From NCBI RefSeq assembly GCF_009914755.1, contig NC_060939.1: a stretch of 64,000 bases of DNA. One strand, given 5' to 3'. The number at the start of each line of letters is the position of its first letter. The stretch's first letter is position 1. The stretch comes from the human T2T-CHM13v2.0 reference genome, Homo sapiens. Shown here one piece after another: positions 27,400 to 41,672 of the stretch. The notes beneath the pieces are model-generated. The model ran no database searches. It saw nothing but the letters and a program-made list of their open reading frames with translations, and was not told the DNA's origin. A program made the position numbers and the translations under genes.

Positions 27400-28470
27400 A
27401 GGAGTCCAGTAGATAAGCAGGGCAAAGAGAAAGTTCTTTCCTACAGCAGAATTCCACCTAAAAACTATAGAAGGATGGCAGGGTTGAAAGATCATTCATA
27501 GATGCTAAACCCAGCAGATAACGTTTTATGAGAAACAGGATATTTACACAGCATCCAAGTATTTCCCCCACAAATTACTTATTAATTACCAGGGGAAGAT
27601 AGTAACTTTGCAGTGGAGAAAACTGGCAGACACCACCTAAAGCACATGATCAAAGTCAACATCACCAGTAATGGGACACACTGACATCATGTGTGTCCCG
27701 ATGTGCCAAGAAAGACATAACATCATTTTAATGGCATTTTCACCAAAAATGTATAACCTGAATCTAATCCAGACAAAATGCTAGACAAAACCAAATTGAG
27801 AAGCATTCTACAGAATACTCTGTACTCTTTTAAAATGTCAAGATCAAGAAAGACTGAGGAAATATTCTACAATAAAAGAGACTAAAGAGACACAACAACT
27901 AACTGCCCTATGTATCCTGGATTGAAACCTGGCTGAGAAAAAGTAGCTATAAAGAGCATTATTGGGACAATTGACAGAATTTGAATATGGACTGTGGGTT
28001 AAATAATAATACTATGTCAATACTATGCCCATGTTCAATTTCTTGATTCTGATATTTGTATTTTGGTTATGTAAGAAGCAGCCCTTGTTCTTAGAAAATA
28101 AATACTGAAATATTTAGGGGAAAGTACACTATGTCTCCAACTTACTCTCAAGTGATACAGACAAATTAGAGGGTAAACATCGGCTCTTAGGGGATAGAAA
28201 TTTCTTAGATACAATGGTTTGTGGCTCCCCAAAAGGCCACACTACACAAACAGATACACGATATGTCTGTGGTCTTAAACTTCCATGGGGTAATTAGGGA
28301 AAAAAAGGTCTAAAATGCCTCCTTGAGGGAACAATAATGAAAAAAAAAGATTGAAAAACACATGCAGAGAAAGAGAACAAAATCAAATGAAATGGTGATA
28401 ACCTGGGGGGAGGAAGAGTATATAGGAATTTCCTCTTTTAAGTTTGACATTTTTCAAATTAAAAAGGTAC
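27400..28470 (+). mobile_element. L1MC-type 3' end
   Basis: tttgcagtggagaaaactggcagacacc, ataacctgaatctaatc, tttgaatatggactgtg, cttgttcttagaaaataaatactgaaatattta. Confidence 0.8.
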
Positions 28471-28939
28471 AAGAAAATTAAAAACTAACCCCTAAAAGTT
28501 AAAAAGTTGCTACACTATTATGCAAGATTAGGAGCTCAATATTATTTAGAAGCAAAGCATCAACAGAAAAACATACTAGCCAAGGAAACATCCACATAGT
28601 CATGTACATGTTTTTCATTGTTGCTTCTCTAGAACACATTATGCGTGTGTGTGTGTATGTGTGTGTCTGTCATTCATGTGGCTTTGTGACTCATGTATGC
28701 TGGGTCCTCTCACTGTTTGAGGACAGCAGTGGCTCACTTGGACCATTTACTTAACTTAGGAGACCACTTTATATGGAAGATGGAGACATTTAGTTTCATG
28801 AAGGACGGAACAAAACAAAAGTTTTGAATAACGGCAGGTAGGATGTAGGTTAAAATGCAAAATGAATGCTTTAAGAATATAAGCATCGGGAGTAGAAGTT
28901 ACTGAGTTGGCTATAAAATATTCTCTCAAAGACATTTTA

Positions 28940-29254
<315 letters not shown>

Positions 29255-31573
29255 TTAACCACTAGATTCACATCTGTAAGAGGACAATTCAAGGGCCAGG
29301 AGACAAATGAGAAGAGTTTCATTCATTTATTGACGCTTTCAGTGTGCTAGGCACTGTTGGCTCAAAGCTGGGCAAGACACGACCTCTATCTATAGTGAAC
29401 TTGCCAACTAGCAGAAAGATTATTTTAAGATTTATCTGTCAGTATCAATATTGTCATCTTATTTCACAGTCTTGGTCTTTATGACTTTTCTCTAACATTT
29501 AACCATTACCCTAACTGCTGTCATCATAATTAACATGTAAATATTTCTCAGTGCCATTGTCACTGTACAGCTACCTTCGCAAAATATTTTCTAACCACTA
29601 GTGACAGCACAATACAAAAACAGGTAAGGAGGTCTGCATTCTACAATGTTGCAGCCAGGTGTGTTGAAATGGCAGACAGCTCCCTGGGCAGCCACACAAG
29701 ATTCAGATTACTAGAATCACTTGAGGTCCTGCTTCCAGGCCCAAAGTGGAAAACTGACTCTGTTACTGCCATTGGATTCCCTCGCTTCATTAATTAACTC
29801 AAAATTGCCTCTCAGTGGCAATCCAGACCTCTGTTTCTAATTTCCTTCTGTGCTGAAAAGTAAATAGGCCTAACCACATTTTCAAGCCCCTGTGCGTGGG
29901 TCTTTTGTGCTTATAGCAGACCACTATCCACTGGAAGACGTCTGGGCCACTGCCAAGTTGAGTATTCAATTTCTTTGTTGTTTTTCAGGATAACCTAGCT
30001 AACCGCAATCCCTTTCCACCATTCCTCTGCAATGTGCTTGAAATAGAGCCAAGACTCTATCCTACAAAATGCACAAGAAAAACAAAAAAGGAGGAAATAA
30101 ATAAAGAAGGGGTCATGGAAAAAATCAGAGTTTGTGAATATTGCCCCATACGTATTTTCTTTTCACATTTTTCTCTCATGACTTCTCAAAAACATTCAGA
30201 CCCCAAATGCCTGGTCATATTCAGGAATAACTCCAATGGCTTCCCATTCTCTCCTCCCCACCCAAGAAGATTATAGGATTATAAACATGAGGTAAATTCC
30301 TGGGATCCTATTCCTTGGGGCATATGCGCAAGCTTTTGGCTTTGGGAGGTGGGGTGTGGGGTGGCAAATGCCTAAAAGGTTTTGGATGACTATCCAAAGA
30401 GAAACAGATGGCTTTAGCACGCCTGTGCCCAACACATGATCTGTGTGACTCCTGCCCTCTCAACACCATCTCCGTGCCGCCCCCTTTCTCCCACACCCCA
30501 GACAAATAAGAACAAAAATGAGTCTCTGCACATTCAAAAGGTGAACTTTCAAGGACAAGTCTTCCCATATGGAAAGGATAATGGCATCATGCCAGAGCAC
30601 GTGCAGTAAAGAAGGGCTCAGGGTGTTTCACATTTTCTCTTCCAATGGGTTCCAAACGTTCTGATGGACAATCTTATTCTTCCCCTATAAACTTTCTGCT
30701 CTATATCCCGCTATAGCTGTTAATACACTTTTCAATTTTCCTCAGGTCCCCAAATAGTGGGAACAGCACGAACATCGGCATGAAGGCAAGAAAATAGGAG
30801 GCATGTACTGGGGAGAGCAAATAGTTCAGTTGGAGAAAGGGCACATGAGGAGCAGTAGCAGCAAATAAGAATGACCAGGAGTTTGGGATCAGACACGTGG
30901 GACCATGAGTACCAGGTCAAAAGTTCAAACTTTATTTGATGATGAAGCAACATTAAACACTAAAGGTCAAGTTTCAGGAATGTAACTAATTCAGAAGAAA
31001 CACAATGACACATAAAAAAAGAAATAGAGCCAAACACAAAAATTAGCAAAATATGAATGCTTCACCTCAGCGATGGATTCTTATGACTGAACACTGGGAG
31101 CCAGACATTAAAGGACAAACGGGAAGCCTATCTAAATCACTATCTGACAGAAAGAAGCTCATTTATTCTTGAAAAGAGAACAAACATCCTAGGAGAAATC
31201 ATGTGGACTCTTTTAAGTGCCATTAAATGACACAATGGGAAAAATCTTCAACAATATTTTTATCACAAACAGAGAGGCAAAGTCACATGGTTGCACAGCT
31301 CTCTCTCATACTGACATTTAATACAGGCTCCAAGCAGGAAAGTATCATCTAAGAAGACAGCTAATGTGATTCATTGATGTGGATTTCTGATCTTTCCTGA
31401 TCATCAGGAAATGATGAACTTGAGACACCTGGAAGAATGAATATCATACTTCTATTAAATGTCACTTCTGTTGGCCAGTCACTAAGGAAAGCAGATAAAT
31501 TGCTGTTTCTCCACCTGTTGAAAGTTTCAAATTGAGTAGTGTACATTATTAAACAAACATCTCTGGTTTTAGA

Positions 31574-31699
31574 TAGGGTGACCATATATAGGTTGGTACT
31601 TCCCTGGTTTATGCCTCCTGCCCCAGAATAATTAGGAGCAGCCCCTCCTTTCTATCCAAAACTACCCCAGTTTCGGTGATAACTTATATGATCACCCTA
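31574..31699 (-). mobile_element. MER81 hAT-Blackjack MITE
   Basis: Terminal inverted repeats tagggtgaccatat/atatgatcacccta and 8-bp TSD gttttaga/gttctaaa. Confidence 0.85.
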
Positions 31700-32822
31700 G
31701 TTCTAAATATCTGCCCAAGTAGAAGTTGCCACACTATTATGCAAGTTTAGGAGCTCAATTATCTTTTAACTTAGAATACAACCCACCTTCACAAGCAATA
31801 TCTAACTTGATGACTACTGAAAGATTTGCTGAGGCTAAACTCACTGGTGTATCATCTCTTGGAGCACTACCCTTTGTCTTACTGGACACTGTGTTCTCAT
31901 CCCTAGCACAGGCCCATCGTATCACAAGCATTTGACTGAATTATTTGGTTATTGATGGGCATAACCTGTGACATAGCTGTCTCTTCTTGGACAACTACTG
32001 ATACCACCATCATGTAAGATAAATTGTTACATAAATTAACAGCTTAGATGCTTTTTCCTCATTTTTTCCTAAAAAGGATTTTAAAATGTACAGCCAATTT
32101 GTAACTCTTTTATAGCACATCTACAGATATCTAACAAAGATTCTCATCCTCCAGCTAACCAAATTTATAGGTTAAACCTCTAGAATGTCACAGTGATCCA
32201 GTTCAGGGTGTTATTTCCCAACAGAGCCAAAGCCATCTATTTTTTACTCTGCCAAACCAGCAACATTTCCAACATGAAATATCCATAATGCAGGAAATTC
32301 CAGTTCTAGGACTCAGACATGAATGGTCCCTGCAATTATTGTTAAATTGCATGTGTCAAGAAGTAGTTTTTTCCTGTTGGCGGTAGACAGTACGGCATGT
32401 GCATTGTGGTTCACAGAGGCAATAAAAGTGTGTTATGTTACTAGATCCTGAAAGTAGGTAGCAAATACAAACAGTAAATTTAAAAGGATTATTTTTGTTT
32501 CTGATTTTGCATACAACTTAGAATTTTATGAAAATTTTCTGAGAATTTATGAGAACTTTATGATTACTGTGCCCATGCTTTAGGAATCATTAAAGAAAGT
32601 TTGTGGATTACTTCTTTTGAACAACTTACTTAAAAAGTATTCAAGTTCAATTAAGTTTGATATTTGGGATACCTTTATGAATAATAAATGAATCTTTATC
32701 ACTCTATATTATCTTGAAACATTCCTAAGGTTATCAGAACTATCCATATGATTTCTGTCCTTATACGTTCTGCTTCAATGGCACCTTCAAGCTTGTCTTT
32801 GTGAAAATGCAACTACATTGCA

Positions 32823-33099
32823 AGTAGCCAATAACATTATCAATGAAAATCTTGTCAGTAGCCAATAATATAACGTTAAAATTTGCTTGGTTACGGACAA
32901 GAGTCATTCTGAGTTAAAGAAAAAAAAAATGGTAAAGCAAAAAGAGTACAAAAAGAAGAACTCTTTCAAAAAGTGTCTCATCTGTACTTTCTGCCTTTGT
33001 ATATAACAAATGCTAAGCAGATGTTACATTGAACTGAAATTGATACTGGTCTGTCTTGCATTGGCCAAACTAAGAGTGTGTGGGCGGGGAGGGGGCGGG
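32823..33099. promoter_or_regulatory. Candidate promoter/enhancer: CCAAT boxes, GC boxes and G-quadruplex motif
   Basis: agtagccaataa at 32823 and 32857, attgg at 33060, gggcggggagggggcggg at 33082-33099. Confidence 0.3.
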
Positions 33100-35181
33100 T
33101 GGTATTTTGGTTTCTACCTGCTTTGCTTCATCACTGTTTAAAAGCTGATACATATTAAACTTGCTTTTTCTATTTAACTTTAGAGCCCATAGAAAATAAA
33201 GGAATTTTTAAAAGCAAGAGTCATTTAGTAATTCCCATTGAGAGCTGTCTTCTATTTTTTCACTAGAGATAGATTTTTCTAGTTGAGGTTGAAACAGAAA
33301 AAAAACTCCATGCATACCTTTTTCATCCTAAAAAATATTTATTGAAAGCCTAATACTACATACCACAAACAAATAAAAGACAGGCTTTAATCTTACAATT
33401 TATCCAAAAGGATTTATATGTGCTTGCATATGTAAAGGGTGTCAATTATATTTTACTTAATAAGAGGGATATGTTTAAAAAAAAAAAACAGGAAAACTAA
33501 AAATAAGAAGTGATTAATTCCATTGAGGGATATTAAGAACTATCAGTTTTGGGGTTAACTCTTGAACAATGAGCTAGATTTTTATTAAGGTATCAAAAGG
33601 AAGAAATACCATAAGCAAAACAGAGAAATACAACTGTTGGTTGCATATTTAAGTAGATTTTGTTCATAATTATATGTGAATGGTAAGGAACATTAGGTGA
33701 GACATCAAGAAAGCTAAGATTTCTAGATTGGGCAAATAGGTATGAAATGAGAAAATTATGGTTTCTGTTTTGTGCAGTGAACTAAGGTTATCTGGGGGAT
33801 GTCCCGCCAGAAGTATTAAGTAGACTATTAGAAACATGGACCTAGAGAAATAAAAGAGATAATATATAGAGGTAAAAATGTGGAATTAATTCAAGTGTGA
33901 TACACAATGAAATGATTCATGGCCAACTTCAAAATTTCCTATTATCCCAAAATTTAAAGGCTGGGAGTGGGGTGTAGAGAGGGGTGGGGAGGTGGAAGAT
34001 GCAAACAGAAAGACTGGGGGAGATCCAGGGGAGTTTACCAACATAGAAACCAGGAAAAAAGCGAGCATCTTTGATGAGCTGGTCTTCGCCAGTATTGTCA
34101 GATACTGCAGAAATTGAATAGAAGGAGAGATCAAAGATTCAATATTGTCAGTGGAGTGCTGAACTTCACTTTGTAAAGCTTCCTAAAATCTATTCTAATT
34201 AGCCAGAAGGAAATACGTAGAAACATAAATATCGTTATTATCAGACTCATCAATGTTATTTTGATGTCTTTTCAGTCTTAATGAATGCTTCACCTTGTGT
34301 TCCACTTACATCAAGGATTGATCCTTCAACTGGGTAAAAACCCTTCCCAATCTTAAGGAATGTATATAATTTTTATTTTTGCCATAACTGTAGCCTTGAA
34401 AATTGTTTCTTCATGCATGGAAATGACCTTCAAGTGTGGCAGTCTTTGGAGATTGAGGGTGGACACTCACTTTGAACTAAGACTTATCTAAGCCTCTAAA
34501 TCATGGAATGAGGAGAGAAATGCACCTAGTCTTCTGAGAGGCTTAGTCATCTTTGGATAATGTTAGTAAGTTGTCCTTTCTTGACTATAATAAATTTTCG
34601 TATTTGGCTCAAATATTATGTAGATGTCTAGTTTTTACTCTTTAATTGATTAAATGTGGAAAAATTGGAAAGCCCATATTCAACTAAAATTTATATGACC
34701 AACAGCTGCTATGTGATAAGAGTGGTAGAAGAGAGAGGATAATTTTCTAAGACTGTTTTGCCATCTATCCTTCAGTGTCTTCTTTGATCACATTATTTAT
34801 TTGCAGTTGCATTTTTGTGGTCTGGAACTTGAACATAATTTTAATAGTCCTTTAAAAAGAATTCAAGACAAAAAATTCATGGAAAACAATTTTTGCACAA
34901 TTCTGGAAGCACCTAGAGAAAATATCTTGTTTTTCTAATTTTCTGCAATCTAGGAAGATATCCAACAGGAGATGAAAAAGTTAGGACTTGAACCGGCATT
35001 TCCTCCTACCATACTGGCTGTGTGCTTGAGTCCTTAATGGTTAAATTTATGGGACTACCTTTTTGCATACTTCCCCACAATGAAGTCTTAGATAATATAA
35101 CAAGATTCAATCAACTCTTTCCATCATTCATTTAACAAATATTGTTTAAGTAAATTAACTTGGAAACCTCAAAATGAATCA

Positions 35182-35585
<404 letters not shown>

Positions 35586-36037
35586 TTAAATTTTCATTTA
35601 TAAAAAGACGGTGAAAAAGATTTGTAGAAAAATCTATTTTAGTATAGAATATAAAAATACTGGATAAAATATAATAAACATTTCTCAAAGTCATGGTTAA
35701 CTGGGACATAAAATAACGGGAAAATATTGCCCCAAAGTGACATGAAATTGAGATTATAGAATAAGTCAAGGCTAGGGCTGACATATTCTTTGAGAGTACC
35801 TGCACATTTGAGTGGGGCTACAGGCTCTATTCAGAAGAGATGGGCGAAGAGAGAATTGGTAAACTGAAAGACAAATATGAGCTATAACCCAGAACTAAGC
35901 TACACACAAAGAGATGGAAAATATACAAGTAAGAGACATGGCAACTAAAGTAGAAGAGTCAACAATCACATAATGAGAATTTTAGAAGGAGAGAAGAGAA
36001 ACAATGGGGGAAAGACAATATTCAAAGATATAATGAC

Positions 36038-39000
36038 TGTATTAGTCTGTTCACACACTGGTCTAAAAATACCTGAGACTGGGTAATTTATAAAGAAAAG
36101 AGGTTTAATTGGCTCACAGTTCCACAGGCTATTAGAAGCATGATGCTGGCAGCTGCTCACCTCCTGGGAAGGCCTCAGGAAACTTTCAATCATGGCAGAA
36201 GGCAAAGGGGGAAGCAGGCACGTCTTACATGGCTGGAGCAGGAGAGTGGGACAGGGAAGGTGCTACACGCTTTTAAACAATCAAATTTTGTCAGAACTCT
36301 ACCATGAGAACAGCACTAGGGGAATGGTGCTAAACCATTAGAAACCACCTTCATGATCCAGTCACCTCCCACCATGCCCCATCTCCAACACTGGGGATTA
36401 CAATTAAACATGAGATTTGAGTGGGAAGACAGATCCAAATCGTATCATTTTACCCCTTCCCTTTTCCAAGTCTCATGTCCTTCTCACATGGCAAAATACA
36501 ATCATGCCTTCCCAACAGTCCCCCAAAGTCTTATTCCAGTATTAGCTCAAAAGACCAAAGTCCAAAGTCTCATCTGAGACAAGGCTAGTCCCTTCTGCCT
36601 ATGAGCCTGTAAAATAAAAAAAAAAAAAGTTATTTACTTCCAAGATACAGTGGGGGTATAGACATTGGGTAAATACTCCCATTCCAAGAGGGAGATATCA
36701 GCCAAAAGAAAGGGGTTACACGTCCCACACAAGTCAGAAACCCAGCAGGGCAGTCATTAAATCTTAAAGTTCCAAAATGATCTCCTTTGATTTCATGTCT
36801 CACATCCAGGGCATACTGGTACAAGGGGTGGGTTCCTGAAGCCTTGGGCAGCTCTGCCCCTGAAGCTTTGCAGGGCACAGCACCCACAGCTGCTTTCACA
36901 GGCTGGCTTTGAGTGCCTGCAGCTTTTCCAGACACATGGTACAAGCTGTTGGTGGATCTACCATTCCGGAACCTGGAGAATGTTGGCCATCTTCCCACAG
37001 CTCCACTAGGCAGTGCCCCTGTGGGGACTCTGTGTGGTGGCTCCAACCCTACATTTCCGTTCCACACTGCCCTATAGAGGTTCTCCATGAAGGCTCTGCC
37101 CCTGCAGCAGGGTTCTGCCTGGACATCCAGGCTTTTCCATACATCCTCTGAAATCTAGGCAGAGGCTATCAAGCCTCAACTCTTACACTCTGTGCACCCA
37201 CATATCAGGGGAAATTCAGCCAGGTATTGGGCAAAATTCACCCCCGATATTTCACATAGGTTCTTTTCTATTTTCCCTAAGTGTCAGCCAGTTTGAGAAA
37301 TAAAGGGACAGAGTACAAAGGAGGGAAATTTTAAAGCTGGGCATCCAGGGGAGACATCACATGTCGGTAGGTTCCTTGATGCCCCCCGAGCCGTGAAACC
37401 AGCAAGTTTTTATTAGTGATTTTCAAAAGGGGAGGGAGTGTATGAATAGGGTGTGGATCACAGATATCATGTGCTTCACAAGGTAATAGAATATCACAAG
37501 GCAAATGGAGGCAGGGCGAGATCACAGGACCACAGGACCGGGGCGAAATTAAAATTGCTAATGAAGTTTCAGGCACACATTGTCATTGATAACATCTTAT
37601 CAGGAGACAGGGTTTGAGAGCAACCGGTCTGACCAAAATTTATTAGGCAGGAATTTCCTCATCCTAATAAGCCTGGGAGCGCTATGGGAAAGTGGGACTT
37701 ATTTCATCCCTCCAGTTTCGACCATAGAAGATGGCCACACCCAAGGGGGCCATTTTAGAGGCCTACCCTCAGGGGCGTGTTCTCTTTCTCAGGGATGTTC
37801 CTTGCTGAGAAAAAGAATTCAGCAATATTTCTCCCATTTGCTTTTGAAAGAAGAGAAATATGGCTCTGTTCTGCCCGGCTCACCGGCAGTCAGAGTTTAA
37901 GGTTATCTCTCTTGTTCCCTGAACATTGCTGTTATCCTGTTCTTTTTTCAAGGTGCCCAGATTTCATATTGTTCAAACACACATGCTCTACAATTTATGC
38001 AGTTAACGCAATCATCACAGGGCCCTGAGGTGACACACGTCCTCCTCAGCTTATGAGATGACAGGATTAAGAGATTAAAGTAAAGACAGGCATAGGAAAT
38101 CACAAGGGCATTGACTGGGGAAGTGATAAGTGTCCATGAAATCTTTACAGTTTATGTTTAGAGATTGCAGTAAAGACAGGCATAAGAAATTATAAAAGTA
38201 TTAATTTGGGGAACTAATAAATGTCCATGAAATCTTCACAATCCATGTTCTTCTGTCATGCCTTCAGCCAGTCCTTCCATTCAGGGTCCCTGACTTCCCG
38301 CAACACCCACAAGCTTAACACCACGTGAAAGTCACCAAAGCTTATGGCTTGCATTCTCTGAAGCAGTGGCCCAAACTGTATCTGGGCCTCTTTGAGCCAC
38401 AATTGGAGTTGGAGTGGCTTGGATGCAGGCAACAGTGTCCTGAGGTTGTGCGGGGCAGCAGCTCCCTGGCCCTGGCCCATGAAACGATTCTTTCCTCCTG
38501 GGTCTCTAGGCCTGTGATGGGAGGGGCTGCTGTGAAAATTTCTAAAGTGGTTTGGAGGCCTTTTCCCCATTGTCTTGGCTATTAAGATTTGGCTCCTCTT
38601 TACTTACGCAAATTTCCACAGCCAGCTTGAATTCATTCCCAGAAAATGGTTTTTCTATTCTATCACATGACTAGACTGCAAATTTCCCAAACTTTTAGGC
38701 TCTACTTCTCTTTTAAATATACGTTTCAATTTCAGATCATTTCTTTGCTCATACATATAAATTGTAGGATGTTAGAAGCAGCCAGGCCATATCTTGAGTG
38801 CTTTGCTGCTTAGAAATGTATTCTGCCAGATACACTAAATCACTCTCAAGTTCAAAATTCCACAGATTCCTAGAACGGGGCACAAAGCAGCCAACCTCTT
38901 TGCTAGCACATAATAAAAGTGAGCTTTGCCCCAGTTCCCAGTAAGTTCCTCATTTCCATTTGAGACCTCCTCAGCCTAGACTTCATTGTCCATATCACTA

Positions 39001-39581
39001 TCAGCAATTTGGCCACAACAATTTAACAAGTCTTTAGGAAGCTCCAAATTTTCCCTCATCTTCCTGTCTTCTTCTGAGCCCTCCATACTCTTTTAACCTC
39101 TGCCCATTACCCAGTTCCAAAATTGCTTCCACATTTTCAAGTATCTTTATAGAAATGTCCCACTCCTCAGTACCAATTATCTGTATTAGTCCATTCTTGC
39201 ACTGCTATAAAGAAATACCTGAGACTGGGTAATTTATAAAGAAAAGAGGTTTAATTGGCTCACAGTTCTGCAGGCTGTTAGGAAGCATAATGCTGGCATC
39301 TGCTCAGCTCCTGGGGAGGCCTCAGGAAACTCTCAATCATGGTGGAAGGTAGGCACATCTTTCATGGCCAAAGCAGGAAAGGAAGCGGGGAAGGTGCTAC
39401 ACAATTTTAAACAACCAGATCTCATGAGAACTCTATCATGAGAACAGCACTAGGGGGATGGTGCTAAACTATTAGAAACCACCTTCATGATCCAATCACC
39501 TCCCACTAGGCCTCACCTCCATCATTGGGGATTACCGTTGAACATGGGACTTGAGTAGGGACACAGATCTAAACCATACCA
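36038..39581 (-). mobile_element. Full-length MSTA MaLR provirus (LTR 36038-36447, internal region, LTR 39182-39581)
   Basis: Two homologous LTRs beginning tgtattagtc and ending (a/c)ca, an MST/THE1-type internal sequence, and perfect 5-bp TSD atgac (36033-36037, 39582-39586). Confidence 0.93.
37203..38305 (-). mobile_element. MER11 (HERV-K HML-8) solo LTR
   Basis: Reverse complement starts tgttgcgggaagtcagggaccc. 1103 bp long, perfect 6-bp TSD cccaca, internal ~87-bp repeat at 38080-38245. Confidence 0.92.
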
Positions 39582-39725
39582 ATGACTAGAAACTTTCGAG
39601 AATCAATTAAAGATACCTATGCTTAGGTTCAGGAAACCTAACAGATATATATATATATTCAGCTTTACAATTTATTAGGTTTTTTAAACCTTGGAATGGG
39701 TATCTTTCATCAGATCTGGAAAATT

Positions 39726-39853
39726 GTGTGTCTGTGTATGTGCACGTGTGTGTGTGTATATCTGTGTGTGTGTATATATGTATATATGTGTGTGTGTGTA
39801 TATAAGTATATATGTGTGTGTGTATATGTATGTATGTATGTATGTGTATATAT
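39726..39853. repeat. Compound (TG)/(TA)/(TATG) microsatellite
   Basis: About 125 bp of near-continuous purine-pyrimidine alternation. Confidence 0.93.
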
Positions 39854-40362
39854 AAAGGTTTTCAAAGAAGGCAAAGAGAAAGAGGGCAGGAAGTGGGAGA
39901 GAGAGATTAATTACCAAGGAAGTACAATTAGACTGTCAGCTGACTTCTCAACAACAACAAAGAAAGTCCAATGAAAATAAAAATATATTAAAAATGCTGA
40001 GAAAAAAATAAAAAATAACTATTGGCCTTGAAATGTTATCCAGTAAGAGATACTGTTAAAACAATAGAAAATAAAGACATTTTCAATAAACAGAAACTGA
40101 GTTCAATACCAATAGCAACTTATGAAAGGAATTACTAAAAGATGTGCCTTAGAAAGGAGGGAAGGCTCTGAGAAGGAAGATCTAATGTGACAAAAAGGAA
40201 TACTGAGCAAATAAAATGGCAAACTTGTGGTAAACAAATGTTAATTGCATAAAATGGAAATAATAAAGTCTAATTTGACAGTGAAAAATGATCCAGATAA
40301 AGTCTAGACACCAAAAGCATCTAAATTAGAAGGACTACAGTTGGAGTTAATATATTCTAAAG

Positions 40363-40521
40363 CAGAGATTCTCATATTCTAATATGCATACAAGTTACTA
40401 GGGGATCTTGATAAAATGTAGATTCTTAGTCAGTAGGTCTAGGGTGGAAATTGTCTATCTCTATAAACTTCCCAGATATATCCAGGCTGCTGGTTAATGA
40501 CTCAAACTTTGACTATCAAGG
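40363..40521. mobile_element. MER5A MITE
   Basis: ggggatcttgataaaatgtagattcttagtcagtaggtctagggtgg. Confidence 0.75.
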
Positions 40522-41340
40522 TATTGAGATCCTTTTATTAGTCAAGAGTACGGTTACAAGATTGTTAAATTCATACTTTGTTAGCATATATGCATGCTAA
40601 AATAAATACAGTAAACACTAAAAGATTAAAATACTATGTACTCCCAAACTAATGGAGAAAACGTAATACATTTTAAAAAAACAAAAAGATCTCAATCAAT
40701 CCAAAACAAAGCAAAGAAGACAGGTAGTCAGAAAGGAAAGGAGGAAGGGAAGGAGGAGAAAAAGAAAAGAAAACAAACAGGAAAATGGGGGAAAGATGGA
40801 AGAGGGAGGGAGAATAGAATTAAGAAAAAAAGAAGGAATGGCTAGATGAATAGAAAACAAAATTAGGTGGTAGAAAAATTCTAAACATACCAGCAAAACC
40901 CGTCAATGTACATGAAATACACTTTCTCTTGAAGGGTAGAGATTTTTAGGACAATAAAACAATCCAAGAATAGTTTTTTTAATTACTTTTTAACAAGATA
41001 TACACTTAAAACAAAAGGATATAAAAACATTGAAAACAGAAAGACGGGAGCTATATGCCAGGCAGCTATGAAGCTCACCAAATGGCAAAGGTATCTATTA
41101 ATAACAAACAAAATGGGATTTAAAGCAAGAACATTTTGAAAAGCAAAGATGATCACTATACAATTCTCCCTGAAAGTTGTAGAATTTTAACTTATAGCAA
41201 CTCAATAATATAGTTTTACACTATATGAAGAAAAAATGTAATAATATATAAGAATATCATGATTCTATCATCATGATATGGAGATTTAAACCCCTTTTCT
41301 CAGTAGTCAATAGACATAGTGAACCCAATAAATCAGAAAG

Positions 41341-41672
41341 CGTGGCAGTCACTTGTGTTATTCACAAAAATTACTCCTTCATAGTACATGGCGGGAAAAT
41401 ACTTTTCTCCCTCTTGAAGTTAGATGGGGCTTTTGTGGCTATATGACTTGCTTTGGCCAGTGAAATATGAGCAGAAAGTATATGTGCTGCTTCCAGACAA
41501 AAGCATTTAGTGACTGGGGTGAGATTGCAGAAGTCTTTTCCCTGCTGAGAGCAAAGAATGGGATCCTCTGTCAGGCTGGTTCCTCAATAAAGATAATATG
41601 GAACATGAGCCAAAAATAAACTTAATTGTGAGTTTGTTACTGCTGCGTAACCAACCCATTCTCACGATTACA
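41341..41672 (+). mobile_element. MLT1I/J-type MaLR solo LTR
   Basis: atgacttgctttggccagtgaaatatgagcagaa...gtttgttactgc...gattaca. TSD gaaag/gtaag. Confidence 0.75.

Noticed and set aside
36630-37088. 152-aa ORF in the MSTA internal region
   Set aside because: Typical degenerate MaLR-internal reading frame, lacking an ATG start and cut off by the MER11 insertion nearby.
38080-38245. ~87-bp direct repeat
   Set aside because: Internal feature of the MER11 LTR, not a locus-specific event.
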